Part shown: positions 28,626 to 38,147 of the stretch, one piece after another | How the letters are laid out: every line of letters begins with the position of its first letter | Position numbering within the stretch: position 1 is the first letter of the stretch | Sequence record: SRR9188677_160 | Strand: one strand, 5' to 3' | DNA length: 44,835 bases | Program-made: the position numbers and the translations under genes | The notes under the pieces: generated by a model | What the model saw: only the letters and a program-made list of their open reading frames with translations | Databases searched by the model: none | What the model was told of the DNA's origin: nothing

Positions 28626-31015
28626 CTATAAGCGATAATCTTCTGCCGATTTACTGATCGTAAAATAAAAGCAACTGCCATGGCCCGGTTCGGATGTTAC
28701 CCAGATTTTACCGCCATGCCTTTCCACGATTTTTTTACAAACAGATAACCCGATTCCTGTTCCACTGTATTCGTTCTTATGATGCAACCGCTGAAACAAC
28801 ACAAAAATCTTTTCAAAAAAAATAGGTTTGATCCCTATTCCGTTATCTTTTACGCTGAAAAGATAATGCGAATCTTCTTCCTTACCGCTTATTTCGATCA
28901 AAGGTGACTCACCGCTGTGATATTTCAAGGCATTTCCTACCAGGTTCTGGAATAACTGGAATAACTGGATCCGGTTAGCCGTAATAGCGGATGGCAACCC
29001 GTCTACTTTCACCGTTGCTTTCATCTCTTCAATCCTGCCCATAAATATATTGATCACTTCCTTTACCACCACGTTAGCGTCTACTGATTCAAAATTATCT
29101 TTGTTCGAGCCCACGCGCGAATACTCCAGAAGGTCCATGATCAGTTTTTTCATCCGCTCTGCTCCATCCATTGCATAATGGATATACTGCTCGGCTGTTT
29201 CATCGATCTGATCCTCGTATTTTTTCTTGAATAACTGCAGAAAACTGGTAATCATCCGCAGCGGCTCCTGCATATCGTGCGAAGCTATATAGGCAAAGCG
29301 TTCCAACTCTATATTAGATGCTGCCAGCTCGTCGGCACGTTGTTTTAAACGGGTATTCAGCTCCAGTAATAAGGCCTCACTTTCTTTTCTTTCTGTAACA
29401 TCACGTGTAGCACCCAGCAACCGCAGCGCTTTTCCTTTCTCATCCCTGATAATATATCCCCGGTCAAATACAAACGCATACTTTCCATCACTTTTCTGAA
29501 AACGGTATTCATCTTCCCAGTATAAACGGGCAGGATCGGCAATAACGGCCGCTCTGTTTGCCAGTAAGGCTGCCAGGTCATCGGGGTGTACCCGCTTGTT
29601 CCAGAAATCTTTGTCTTCAGAAGCTGTTTGGGGATCATACCCAAAAAAGATCTGCAGGCCCTGTCCGGTTCTGATGACTTCCCCCGTCTCAATATCCCAA
29701 TCCCAGATGGCATCATTGGTAGCGAGTGCCACCATATCGTAGTTACGGTTACTGGATTTAACGGCTTCCATCGCCAGTTTATTCTCCAGAATAATCATGA
29801 GCAGGTTCTTGGCCCTTTCCAGTGTATTCTCTTCCTCTTTGGTGGGAGACTTTTGTTTTTTATAATAGATCGCGAACGTACCCATTACCTGGTTATGCGA
29901 ATCCATGATAGGAAATGACCAGCAGGAGCGAATCCCTTCTTTAGCAGCTATCTCACGGAAATTGGCCCAAAGGGGATCATTCTCAATATCTGTTACCACT
30001 ACTTTTTCTTTCCGGTAGGCAGCTGTTCCGCAAGAACCTACATTTTCTCCAATCTCCCCCCCTCTATAACAGAAAGGTAGGTAGCAGAAAGGCCGGGGGT
30101 AGACCAGTTATACAAACGGTTTCCTTTTAAGCGCAAAACAGAACAGATCATTCCGTTATGCAGCTCCTGTAACTGTTTCAGGTAAAAATCCAATGTATTT
30201 TCCAGCACACTTTCCGGTCTTGCATTCATTTCCAGTACTTCGCGTTCCAGTTTTTCTAGAATCCGCAGATTCCTTACTTCTGTTACATCTTTGATATACA
30301 CAGAAAAATTCTTCTCAGAAGGGAACACACTCACATCTGCCCAAATCTTATACTTAGGAAAAAATTCGCGGAAACGGATAGGCCGGTTCTGATTTACCAA
30401 TATATCAAAGTCTATTTCCTGTTGCAGCACTACCAGATCGGGGAAGGATTCCCAAAGATTTTTACCGATCAGTTCTTTTTCATTTTTCTGTAATATGAGT
30501 TCAGAGGCTTTATTGAAAAATACCACGTTCCAGCTTCGGTCGGTAATAAAAAAACCATCTGTTACACTATCCAGCACGGTTTCGAGCAGTTTACGGCTGT
30601 CTTCTTCCTGCTGGTGCAGTTTCTGGGCATCTCCGAGTAGTTGGGTAAGTTTCTCTTCCTGCTGAAAAATATCGGTTATATCAGCACCGATGATACTGGC
30701 AAATTCATTGCCCGCAGCATCCTGTATAATAACGGAAGATATTTTAAGCGGAAACCTTTCTCCGTTTTTACGGATACCGGTAATGATTCCCTTGATCGTT
30801 TTATTCTCCGCTCTTGCAGCCATGAGCTGATGAAAAGCAGGCTCATCCGTATCAACAATAGCCGTTCTTCCCAGACTTTTTAATTCGTCTGCTGTATAAC
30901 CAAACATAGCAGAAGCTGCCTGGTTGGCCTCCAATATAATACCTTCCGGCGTTGCAATGATCAATGCATGAAGAGAGGATCGAAAGAAAGATTCATAAAC
31001 AGATGTAGAAACCAT
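28626..31015 (-). pseudogene. PAS-PAS-GAF-PAS-HisKA-HATPase sensor kinase split by a 1-nt frameshift in a G7 tract (pseudogene, phase-off allele or sequencing error)
   Basis: ORFs 30038-31015 and 28626-29999 join if the C7 run at 30056-30062 is C8, restoring GAF motif IEGGEIGENVGSCGTAAY; C-terminal ASHDMQEPLR, NLVGNALKY, DNGIG, GTGIGL. Confidence 0.85.
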
Positions 31016-31165
31016 ATCTCTCCGGGCTGGATATTTGATTCTGAAAATACTGCAGATACCGTTGCCTGCTAATAGCTATAACCTGCACCTGCAAAGGGTT
31101 CAAGTTCGGTAAGATTTGGTTTTTTTCCAAGATTTGTTTTACCGAACCGCAACAGGTATCCTATT

Positions 31166-31192
31166 AAAAACGTCCCGCTGTTGCGGGACGTT
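31166..31192 (-). terminator. Intrinsic terminator after the acyl-CoA synthetase
   Basis: Minus strand AACGTCCCGC-AACA-GCGGGACGTT-TTT. Confidence 0.8.
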
Positions 31193-31220
31193 CGGTCATA
31201 TCTGCTTAATCCCTGTTATA

Positions 31221-33011
31221 TCAGGCATAAATCCGCTCAATGGCATCTTTGAATTTTTCCATGACCACTTTTCGCTTCAGACTCATTTTAGGAGTCATCT
31301 CACCGGTTTCAATCGTCCATTCGCGGGGTAATAATTCAAATTTTTTGATCTGTTCCACATGGTTAAAAAACTCGTTAAAACTTTCTACCAGTTCGCGGTA
31401 CAGTTCCAGTACTTTGGGGTGATGTATGATATCTTCCTGCGTGGTGTATTTAATTCCTTTCTCACGCATCCACTCCAATAAGGTCGGGAAGGAGGGAACA
31501 ATCAGCGCACCCACAAACTTCCGCTCTGCACCTACCACCATCACCTGCTCTACAAAGGGGCTTTCTTTCAGTTTGTTCTCAATCGGCTGCGGTGCTACAT
31601 ATTTTCCACCGCTGGTTTTGAAAAGTTCTTTTTTCCTGTCGGTGATCTTCAGGAATTTATCTTCCTGAAACACCCCTATATCGCCTGTATGCAGCCAGCC
31701 ATCAATCACTGCTTCTGCCGTAAGATCGGGACGTTTGTAATACCCTTCCATCACACAGGGACCGGATACGCAGATCTCTCCGTCTTCTTCCAGCTTTACC
31801 TGTATGCCGTTTATGACCGGGCCCACGGTGCCAAACTTCATTCCTCCTTTTTCCTGGCGGTTTACACTGATCACAGGGCTGTTTTCGGTAGGCCCATATC
31901 CTTCGTAAACCGGTACGCCGGCTGCATTAAAAATGCGCAGCAGTTTTACCTGGCAGGCGGCTCCTCCGGTAACAATAAAAGAAACATTACCCCCAAGGGC
32001 TTCTCTCCATTTGCTGAAGATGAGTTTATTGGCCAGTGCCAACTGCATAGTATACCAAACACCACCACTGATACGGTTATCATATTTTTCTGCCAAGTCT
32101 ACCGCCCAGAAAAAGAGTTTTCGTTTGATCCCTGTCAGTTCATTGCCTTTTACCATGATCCGCTCGTATACTTTTTCCAGTAGTCTTGGCACCGTGGTAA
32201 AGCCATTCGGTTTTACCTCACGCAGGTTATCGCCGATGGTTTCCAGACTTTCGGCATAATAGATGCCGATACCGCTGTACAGATAGATATAGGTACAGGT
32301 TTTCTCAAAAATATGGTTCAGCGGCAGAAAGCTTAATACATGTGTATCGGGTGCATCATTAAAAGGAAAACTTTCTTTGGAGAACTGCACATTGCAGTAA
32401 ATATTTTTATGACTCAGCATCACCCCTTTGGGTGTGCCTGTGGTACCTGAAGTATAAATAATGGTAGCAAGATGCGAAACAGGAATAGATTGTTTGATGG
32501 CAGCCACCTGTTGCAAAGCATCCGCATCGGCCAGGGCGGTTATTTCTGTCCAGTGTGCCGCCCCCTCCAGTCTGTCAAATGTGTACACACCTTTAATAGA
32601 AGGTACACGTGGCAATAAAGATTTGATCTTCTGCAGCAGTTCTTCATTGCTTACAAAAATGTATTTCACTGCGGCATCGTTCAGAATAAATTCCAGTTCC
32701 AGCGGATTGGTGGTAGGGTATACCGGAACTAATATGGCCCCCAGTTGCTGCACTGCCAGGTCTGTAAATACCCATTCGGGGCGGTTATTACTGATGATAG
32801 CGATCTTATCACTACCCTCGGGTGTTATATCATTTCCACTAACACCCAGTTTTAATAAACCTGCACTGAGTTGGTTCACCTTATCGGCCACCTCTTGGGA
32901 ACTATAGGTAACCCACTGGCCATTTTCTTTTGCGGCCAGCATATCTTTTTTGGGGAAATGCTGTAGTTGATGATCTACGCAGTCAAAAAGTCTCTTAATG
33001 GTCATGTGCAA
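31221..33011 (-). CDS. Long-chain fatty acid--CoA ligase (AMP-dependent synthetase)
   Basis: YTSGTTGTPKG, LPLNHIFE, EGYGPTE, GWLHTGDIG, ITDRKKELFKTSGGKYVAP. Confidence 0.93.
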   Translation of the reverse strand: MHMTIKRLFDCVDHQLQHFPKKDMLAAKENGQWVTYSSQEVADKVNQLSAGLLKLGVSGNDITPEGSDKIAIISNNRPEWVFTDLAVQQLGAILVPVYPTTNPLELEFILNDAAVKYIFVSNEELLQKIKSLLPRVPSIKGVYTFDRLEGAAHWTEITALADADALQQVAAIKQSIPVSHLATIIYTSGTTGTPKGVMLSHKNIYCNVQFSKESFPFNDAPDTHVLSFLPLNHIFEKTCTYIYLYSGIGIYYAESLETIGDNLREVKPNGFTTVPRLLEKVYERIMVKGNELTGIKRKLFFWAVDLAEKYDNRISGGVWYTMQLALANKLIFSKWREALGGNVSFIVTGGAACQVKLLRIFNAAGVPVYEGYGPTENSPVISVNRQEKGGMKFGTVGPVINGIQVKLEEDGEICVSGPCVMEGYYKRPDLTAEAVIDGWLHTGDIGVFQEDKFLKITDRKKELFKTSGGKYVAPQPIENKLKESPFVEQVMVVGAERKFVGALIVPSFPTLLEWMREKGIKYTTQEDIIHHPKVLELYRELVESFNEFFNHVEQIKKFELLPREWTIETGEMTPKMSLKRKVVMEKFKDAIERIYA

Positions 33012-33108
33012 TCGTTAATCGTTCAAACAAAAATCTGCTATTACGGGTTTTCCTCCCAACAATAGCCTTTCCGGAGTAAGGGAGCTTAGGCCCTTTGCGG
33101 CCAGAATG

Positions 33109-33384
33109 TTATTCTTTTTCTTTCAGCTTTCTAAACTCTTCCGAAGCCAGGTCTTGCCGGGTACCCTGGTAAGCCCCAAAATACTGCAAACCCAGCCCCA
33201 GGCCCCAACCCAGCATTACCCATACCGGCCAGGGATATGCCTGCGAGCCTTCTACCCTGCCCGTAGTGATCCACCAGATAGCCCATAAAAAAGCATTGAC
33301 CACGAGATAACTGTACAGGCTTTTTTTAAACATGGCCCTTTTACGCGCAATGCGCCAAAGTTTTTCATCATTCGACTGTTCCAT
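33109..33384 (-). CDS. 2TM domain small membrane protein
   Basis: ARKR..FKKSLYSYLVVN, WPVWVMLGWGLGLGLQY pattern. Confidence 0.8.
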   Translation of the reverse strand: MEQSNDEKLWRIARKRAMFKKSLYSYLVVNAFLWAIWWITTGRVEGSQAYPWPVWVMLGWGLGLGLQYFGAYQGTRQDLASEEFRKLKEKE

Positions 33385-33431
33385 AAGCAGGCAGTATTTA
33401 AGACAGTCAAATTAGGCAAATAAGCACAAAT

Positions 33432-33460
33432 AAAAAAGCCGATGTTCTGTACACCGGCTT
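33432..33460 (-). terminator. Intrinsic terminator after the TPR gene
   Basis: Minus strand AAGCCGGTGT-ACAGA-ACATCGGCTT-TTTT. Confidence 0.75.
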
Positions 33461-33478
33461 CCGAATAACTGTCAGCGA

Positions 33479-34504
33479 TTAACGCGAAAAATAATATTCG
33501 CCCGCCGGAACCTTAAATACCCGGCTTTGCTGAAAAGTAGTATACCCGGCCGATTCTTTGGGATGCTGTTGCTGCCAGGTTCGGTAGGCTTCTGCACCTA
33601 CGGAAGACGCCATCAGCCAATAGGTATAGGCTTCAAACAAACCCTGGCTCAATAAATATTGCTGATGCGAGAACAAGGCAAATGGATATTTCTGCTTGTT
33701 TTCAGCAGCCCATTCAACCAGAAAGCTTGTCCGCACCGATAAAATACCTGTAACAGACAGGTTAACAGTCTGTTGTTTGGTTGCTTTTTCCAAAACTTCC
33801 AGCACTTTTTTTTCAAAAGCCGTGCTTGTTTTCTGTTCTTGTAGCTGCTGTATTTTTCCGGGAGCCAGCAGGCTGCTCCAGCTGGTAAATAACTGCACTT
33901 TGATCTCTTCGGTACGGGTAGAATAACTTTCCAGGTTCAGAAACAGTTCTCCGTACAAAGCGGCCCGCAACCAATTACCCTTACGGGCATGGAACATGGT
34001 GGCGTTGTAATAGTTACTGCTATAGTTCGGATCTGATTCGATGCCTTTTTCCCATTGGGTAATCGCTTCTTCCAATTCGTTCTCCAGGGCAAAGGTTTCT
34101 GCATATTCATTATAGATCACCCCACTGTTAGGGTACTTACGCAAAGCGGTCCGGTATAATTTGCCACATTCCTTATAGGAAGCAATGGCCTTGTAAGCCA
34201 GGCCCAGTAACTGAAAAGACTGGGCATCTGCATCAGGCTTTTCTACCAGTTCTTTTCCTGTTTCTATCGCTTTTGTAAAATCGCGCTTGAGGTAAGCAGC
34301 AAAACAGAGGTCTTTCAGAATCCCGGTATTATTGGGTTCCTGCTGTCTGGCACGGTCAAGAATCACTACTGCATTATCATAATCACCTTTCTGCACCAGG
34401 GTACGGGCCGTTTCCTGTAATAATTTTGCCGTCTGCTCCTGCGCAGTAACAGCTGCTGCAGTAGCCACAAAAAAGCATATCAGAACCCAATATTTCATGA
34501 TCAT
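33479..34504 (-). CDS. Secreted tetratricopeptide repeat protein
   Basis: Signal peptide; TPR-pattern helices (GDYDNAVVILDRARQQEPNN, AITQWEKGIESDPNY). Confidence 0.8.
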   Translation of the reverse strand: MIMKYWVLICFFVATAAAVTAQEQTAKLLQETARTLVQKGDYDNAVVILDRARQQEPNNTGILKDLCFAAYLKRDFTKAIETGKELVEKPDADAQSFQLLGLAYKAIASYKECGKLYRTALRKYPNSGVIYNEYAETFALENELEEAITQWEKGIESDPNYSSNYYNATMFHARKGNWLRAALYGELFLNLESYSTRTEEIKVQLFTSWSSLLAPGKIQQLQEQKTSTAFEKKVLEVLEKATKQQTVNLSVTGILSVRTSFLVEWAAENKQKYPFALFSHQQYLLSQGLFEAYTYWLMASSVGAEAYRTWQQQHPKESAGYTTFQQSRVFKVPAGEYYFSR

Positions 34505-34541
34505 TTATTGAACCACCGCCATCCAAAGAACGGCCCGGTGG

Positions 34542-35777
34542 TTATTCGTAGATAAGGTGTGTTAAGAGGCCATCCCTGAGTTTGGGTTCAAACCAGGTAC
34601 TTTTCGGGGGCATTACATTACCACTGTCAGCAATATCAAATAACTGATCAATGGTAACCGGGTACAAACTGAAAGCCACAGCCATTTCGCCACTGTCTAC
34701 TCTTTTTTCCAGTTCTCCCAATCCGCGGATCCCTCCCACAAAATCAATCCGTGTATCGGTACGCTGGTCTTTGATACCCAGCAGTTTATCCAGCACATTG
34801 TTAGATAGTATGGTTACATCCAAAACACCGATCGGATCATGGGTATAGGTACCGGATTTGGCAGTCAGTTTGTACCAGTTCTTATCCATATACAAACCAA
34901 ATGTGTGCGGGTTCTCCGGACGGTAAGCACCACTAGTAAATAATTCTACCGTAAACTGTTTACTCAGTTCTTTGATCAGTGATGTAGGAGATAAACCGTT
35001 CAGGTCTTTCACCACCCGGTTATAATCCATGATATATAACTGATTGGAGGGGAAAAGCGTGGTAAGGAAATAATCTGCACCCGTTGTGGCTGTGTCTACC
35101 AAAGACTTGCGCACTTTAGCGGCCGAAGCGGCGCGGTGATGACCATCTGCGATATACGTGCAGGGAATTTCTTTCTCAAAAATAGCCGTGATCTGTTCTG
35201 CTACCGTATCATTGTTCACGATCCAGATGGTGTGCTGTATCCCATCATCAGCTACAAAATCATATACTGCCGATTTGGTTTCTTTCCAGTTGTTGATGAG
35301 GGCATCTATCCCATCATGGTTACGGTAAGCCAGAAAAACATTTCCGGTTTGGGCACCGGATGTTTTGATATGGTTGATCCTGTCCTGCTCTTTCTCCGGA
35401 CGGGTAAACTCGTGTTTTTTAATAATATCATTCTCATAATCATCCACACTACTCACGCATACCAATCCTGTTTGTGCACGTCCGTTCATTACCAGCTGGT
35501 AGATATAATAACATTCTTTGGATTCGCGGAAAAGAATATCGCGCTGGATAAACGCCGCCAGGTTTTCTTTGGCCTGCTCGTACACAGCCGCATCATGTAC
35601 ATCCACCGTATCAGGCAGATCTATTTCGCTTTTGGTGATATGCAAGAAAGAACTGTGATTTCCCTGCGCTTCCGTTTTTGCTTCTGCGGAACTTAATACA
35701 TCGTATGGGCGACTGGCCACCTGTTTGGCCAACTGGGCCTGTGGACGTAATGCTTTAAACGGTCTGATACTTGCCAT
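34542..35777 (-). CDS. DUF1015 family protein
   Basis: IRPFKALRP, IKKHEFTRPEKE, YIADGHHR, MPPKSTWFEPKLRDG. Confidence 0.9.
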   Translation of the reverse strand: MASIRPFKALRPQAQLAKQVASRPYDVLSSAEAKTEAQGNHSSFLHITKSEIDLPDTVDVHDAAVYEQAKENLAAFIQRDILFRESKECYYIYQLVMNGRAQTGLVCVSSVDDYENDIIKKHEFTRPEKEQDRINHIKTSGAQTGNVFLAYRNHDGIDALINNWKETKSAVYDFVADDGIQHTIWIVNNDTVAEQITAIFEKEIPCTYIADGHHRAASAAKVRKSLVDTATTGADYFLTTLFPSNQLYIMDYNRVVKDLNGLSPTSLIKELSKQFTVELFTSGAYRPENPHTFGLYMDKNWYKLTAKSGTYTHDPIGVLDVTILSNNVLDKLLGIKDQRTDTRIDFVGGIRGLGELEKRVDSGEMAVAFSLYPVTIDQLFDIADSGNVMPPKSTWFEPKLRDGLLTHLIYE

Positions 35778-35844
35778 TGCGCAAATATCAGTAAATAATT
35801 ATAAATGAAAAGTTATGAACTGACCGAAAAGGAGGGTCAATGGT

Positions 35845-36786
35845 CTATTCTATCGCCCTAACAAACATTTGTAAAAGGCGTTGTGCCTTATCGCTTCGCT
35901 GAAGAATCCACTGAAACAGGTAAATACCCACCAGTGCACAGAGAATGCCGGCCAGCACGTCCAGTACATAATGATGACTGGTATAAACCGCTGCGAACCA
36001 GATCCCTGCCATCACCAGCGCAAAGAAAAGATTGATCCAGCCCAGCTTATAACGCGTTGCATAATATAATACTATCAGCGGATAGGAAGAGTGCAGCGAT
36101 GGCATGGCCGCAAATACATTGGAACTTTTGCTATATAAGGAATGAAAAATATCTACCTTAAAAAAAGCATCAAAGCGTTCCAGGCCGCCGGTATTACCCG
36201 GTGTAGCTGCCACAAAATCAAACCCCTGCAACTGCACATACCAGGGCGGTGCGGCCGGGTAAATATAATAGATCACAAAACCCAGCAGGTTCACCAACAG
36301 AAAAGTGAGCGAGAAATGAAGAAAAGCCTCCCTGTTTTTGAAAAAGAGATACGCTGCAAAAGCCAATGGTACCGGCACCCAGCATAGATAAAAGAAACCG
36401 GTTAATACATCCAGAAAAGGATGCTGGTGTGTGATCCAGAATTCATTGGGGGTAACGGTGCGCCCATCCTGCGTAATACCGAACAATGCTTTTTCAGTGT
36501 TGTACAGACTTTCGATATGAACCTCCTGAAACAGGTAGTTCGGGAAGGCTTTCATGAAATCAAAAATGATCCAGAAAATAATGAAGATAGAGAAGCCGGT
36601 AATAAATTTCCGGGTGAGGCGCGAGCCGAAATACAGCGCATTGAAGAGCAGTATCAGGTATACCTGGTCTGTTTTAAAACCAATCAGAAAATAAGACAGC
36701 AACAGGTATATCAGCGAGATAGCAGCTACCGCCAGCAACTGGCGGGTGGTATAAAAAGAGTCTGGATCTTTCTCTGCAACACTCAT
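35845..36786 (-). CDS. Aur1/inositol phosphorylceramide synthase-like PAP2 membrane protein
   Basis: Multiple TM segments; YPAAPPWY, FAAMPSLH, HHYVLDVLAG motifs; located in the MIPS operon. Confidence 0.85.
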   Translation of the reverse strand: MSVAEKDPDSFYTTRQLLAVAAISLIYLLLSYFLIGFKTDQVYLILLFNALYFGSRLTRKFITGFSIFIIFWIIFDFMKAFPNYLFQEVHIESLYNTEKALFGITQDGRTVTPNEFWITHQHPFLDVLTGFFYLCWVPVPLAFAAYLFFKNREAFLHFSLTFLLVNLLGFVIYYIYPAAPPWYVQLQGFDFVAATPGNTGGLERFDAFFKVDIFHSLYSKSSNVFAAMPSLHSSYPLIVLYYATRYKLGWINLFFALVMAGIWFAAVYTSHHYVLDVLAGILCALVGIYLFQWILQRSDKAQRLLQMFVRAIE

Positions 36787-36790
36787 GGCA

Positions 36791-38122
36791 TCAGGGTTTG
36801 AACCTTTCCATTACTTCTTTACCGGTAGCCACGTCAATCCCTTTCAATTCCATGTATACTACATTGGGCGACCAGAATGTACCGCCATCTACTTTCACAA
36901 ACAACCGGTTTAACTGCGCCGGCTTTTTGTTGATGGTGGCATACACACGGTATTTATTATCTCTGGGAGAAGGCATTAAGGTAAAAGTTTGTTTACGGTA
37001 AGAAACAAAATGAAGTTTATAAGTACCATCGCCCATCGCCTGCGATTTCATTCCATAGGCAAATACGCGCTGGATATAATTCAGTTCTTTGCGCATACCA
37101 CCTTCCTGGTAACGGATCCAGAACACATGTACGGGTGATTCACTATTCAGCTTTCCGTTTTTTTCATAGTTTAATTCGCAAACAATGGTATTGGTATTGG
37201 CATTACGCTGCAGGTAAAACAACTGGTATGGGTTTCCGGTAGGTACCGGAAAGGTATCCTGTGGTTCTATGGCTACAGTTGAGGGTAAGGCTGCGGTTGC
37301 GGACGGCTTCTTTCCCTGATCTGCCACAACAGGTGTAAAAGCGATACCACTGCTTAGCAGGATCAATAATCCTGTTAGTAATGTGTGATTGCTTTTAGGC
37401 GCTGTTGCTTTTGCGGCATCCCTGTCATCCAGTGTTTTTTTGGCACCGGTCAATCTTTTGATAGCGGTGATATTGGTTAACACTGCCATTAAAGCAAGGG
37501 GTATGGTAAAAATAGACATGGTCTCCAGCACATGAAAAGAAACACCCGGCAGATACCATTTATAATCCCCGCCCAGATAATTACCAGTAATACCACAGGC
37601 TATAGCCGTGATCCCGATCAGTATCACCCGCTCTGGTCTCTGCATCAGCCCGTCTTTACATTCAATGCCCAATCCTTCTGCCCTTGCGCGGGTATAACTC
37701 ACCATCATCGATCCGATCATGGCTATAAAAGCAAAAATGGAACTTAGAAAATAATGGTGCCCCACCAGGTAGTAACAGATTCCGAAAAACATAACCAGTT
37801 CGCTGTAACGATCCAGCACAGAATCGTACAAAGCACCAAAGGTAGAACTCATATTACCCAGCCTGGCCACCTGGCCATCCAGCATATCAAATAAACCGGC
37901 AAACAGGATCAGGGCACCCGCCCAACCTACATAAGAAAGGTCGCCGCGGTGACCTATTTCGGCACCTTTGATAAAGATCACTGCTACACCTATATTCAGT
38001 ATAAAACCGATGGTAGTAACCGCATTAGGTGTAAGCCCGGCTTTGATAAGCATTTTTACAAAAGGATCAATTACAACATAAATCCCTTTCTGTATCCGTA
38101 TTCTGAGTGGAACTTTTTCCAT
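36791..38122 (-). CDS. CDP-alcohol phosphatidyltransferase (probable phosphatidylinositol-phosphate synthase) fused to a C-terminal DUF4833-like domain
   Basis: Signature DMLDGQVAR...GALYDSVLD, SYTRARAEG, RPER; C-terminal LFYLQRNANTNTIVCELN...FWIRY...IQRVFAYG. Confidence 0.85.
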   Translation of the reverse strand: MEKVPLRIRIQKGIYVVIDPFVKMLIKAGLTPNAVTTIGFILNIGVAVIFIKGAEIGHRGDLSYVGWAGALILFAGLFDMLDGQVARLGNMSSTFGALYDSVLDRYSELVMFFGICYYLVGHHYFLSSIFAFIAMIGSMMVSYTRARAEGLGIECKDGLMQRPERVILIGITAIACGITGNYLGGDYKWYLPGVSFHVLETMSIFTIPLALMAVLTNITAIKRLTGAKKTLDDRDAAKATAPKSNHTLLTGLLILLSSGIAFTPVVADQGKKPSATAALPSTVAIEPQDTFPVPTGNPYQLFYLQRNANTNTIVCELNYEKNGKLNSESPVHVFWIRYQEGGMRKELNYIQRVFAYGMKSQAMGDGTYKLHFVSYRKQTFTLMPSPRDNKYRVYATINKKPAQLNRLFVKVDGGTFWSPNVVYMELKGIDVATGKEVMERFKP

Positions 38123-38147
38123 TAACCTTTTTTTCTATCGTAAAGTA

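Noticed and set aside
28626-31015. Two independent genes
   Set aside because: The GAF motif is continuous across the junction after a single-base correction.
34511-34543. AACCACCG/CGGTGGTT inverted repeat as a terminator after DUF1015
   Set aside because: Large loop, no U-tract, and the next gene starts immediately; function unsupported.
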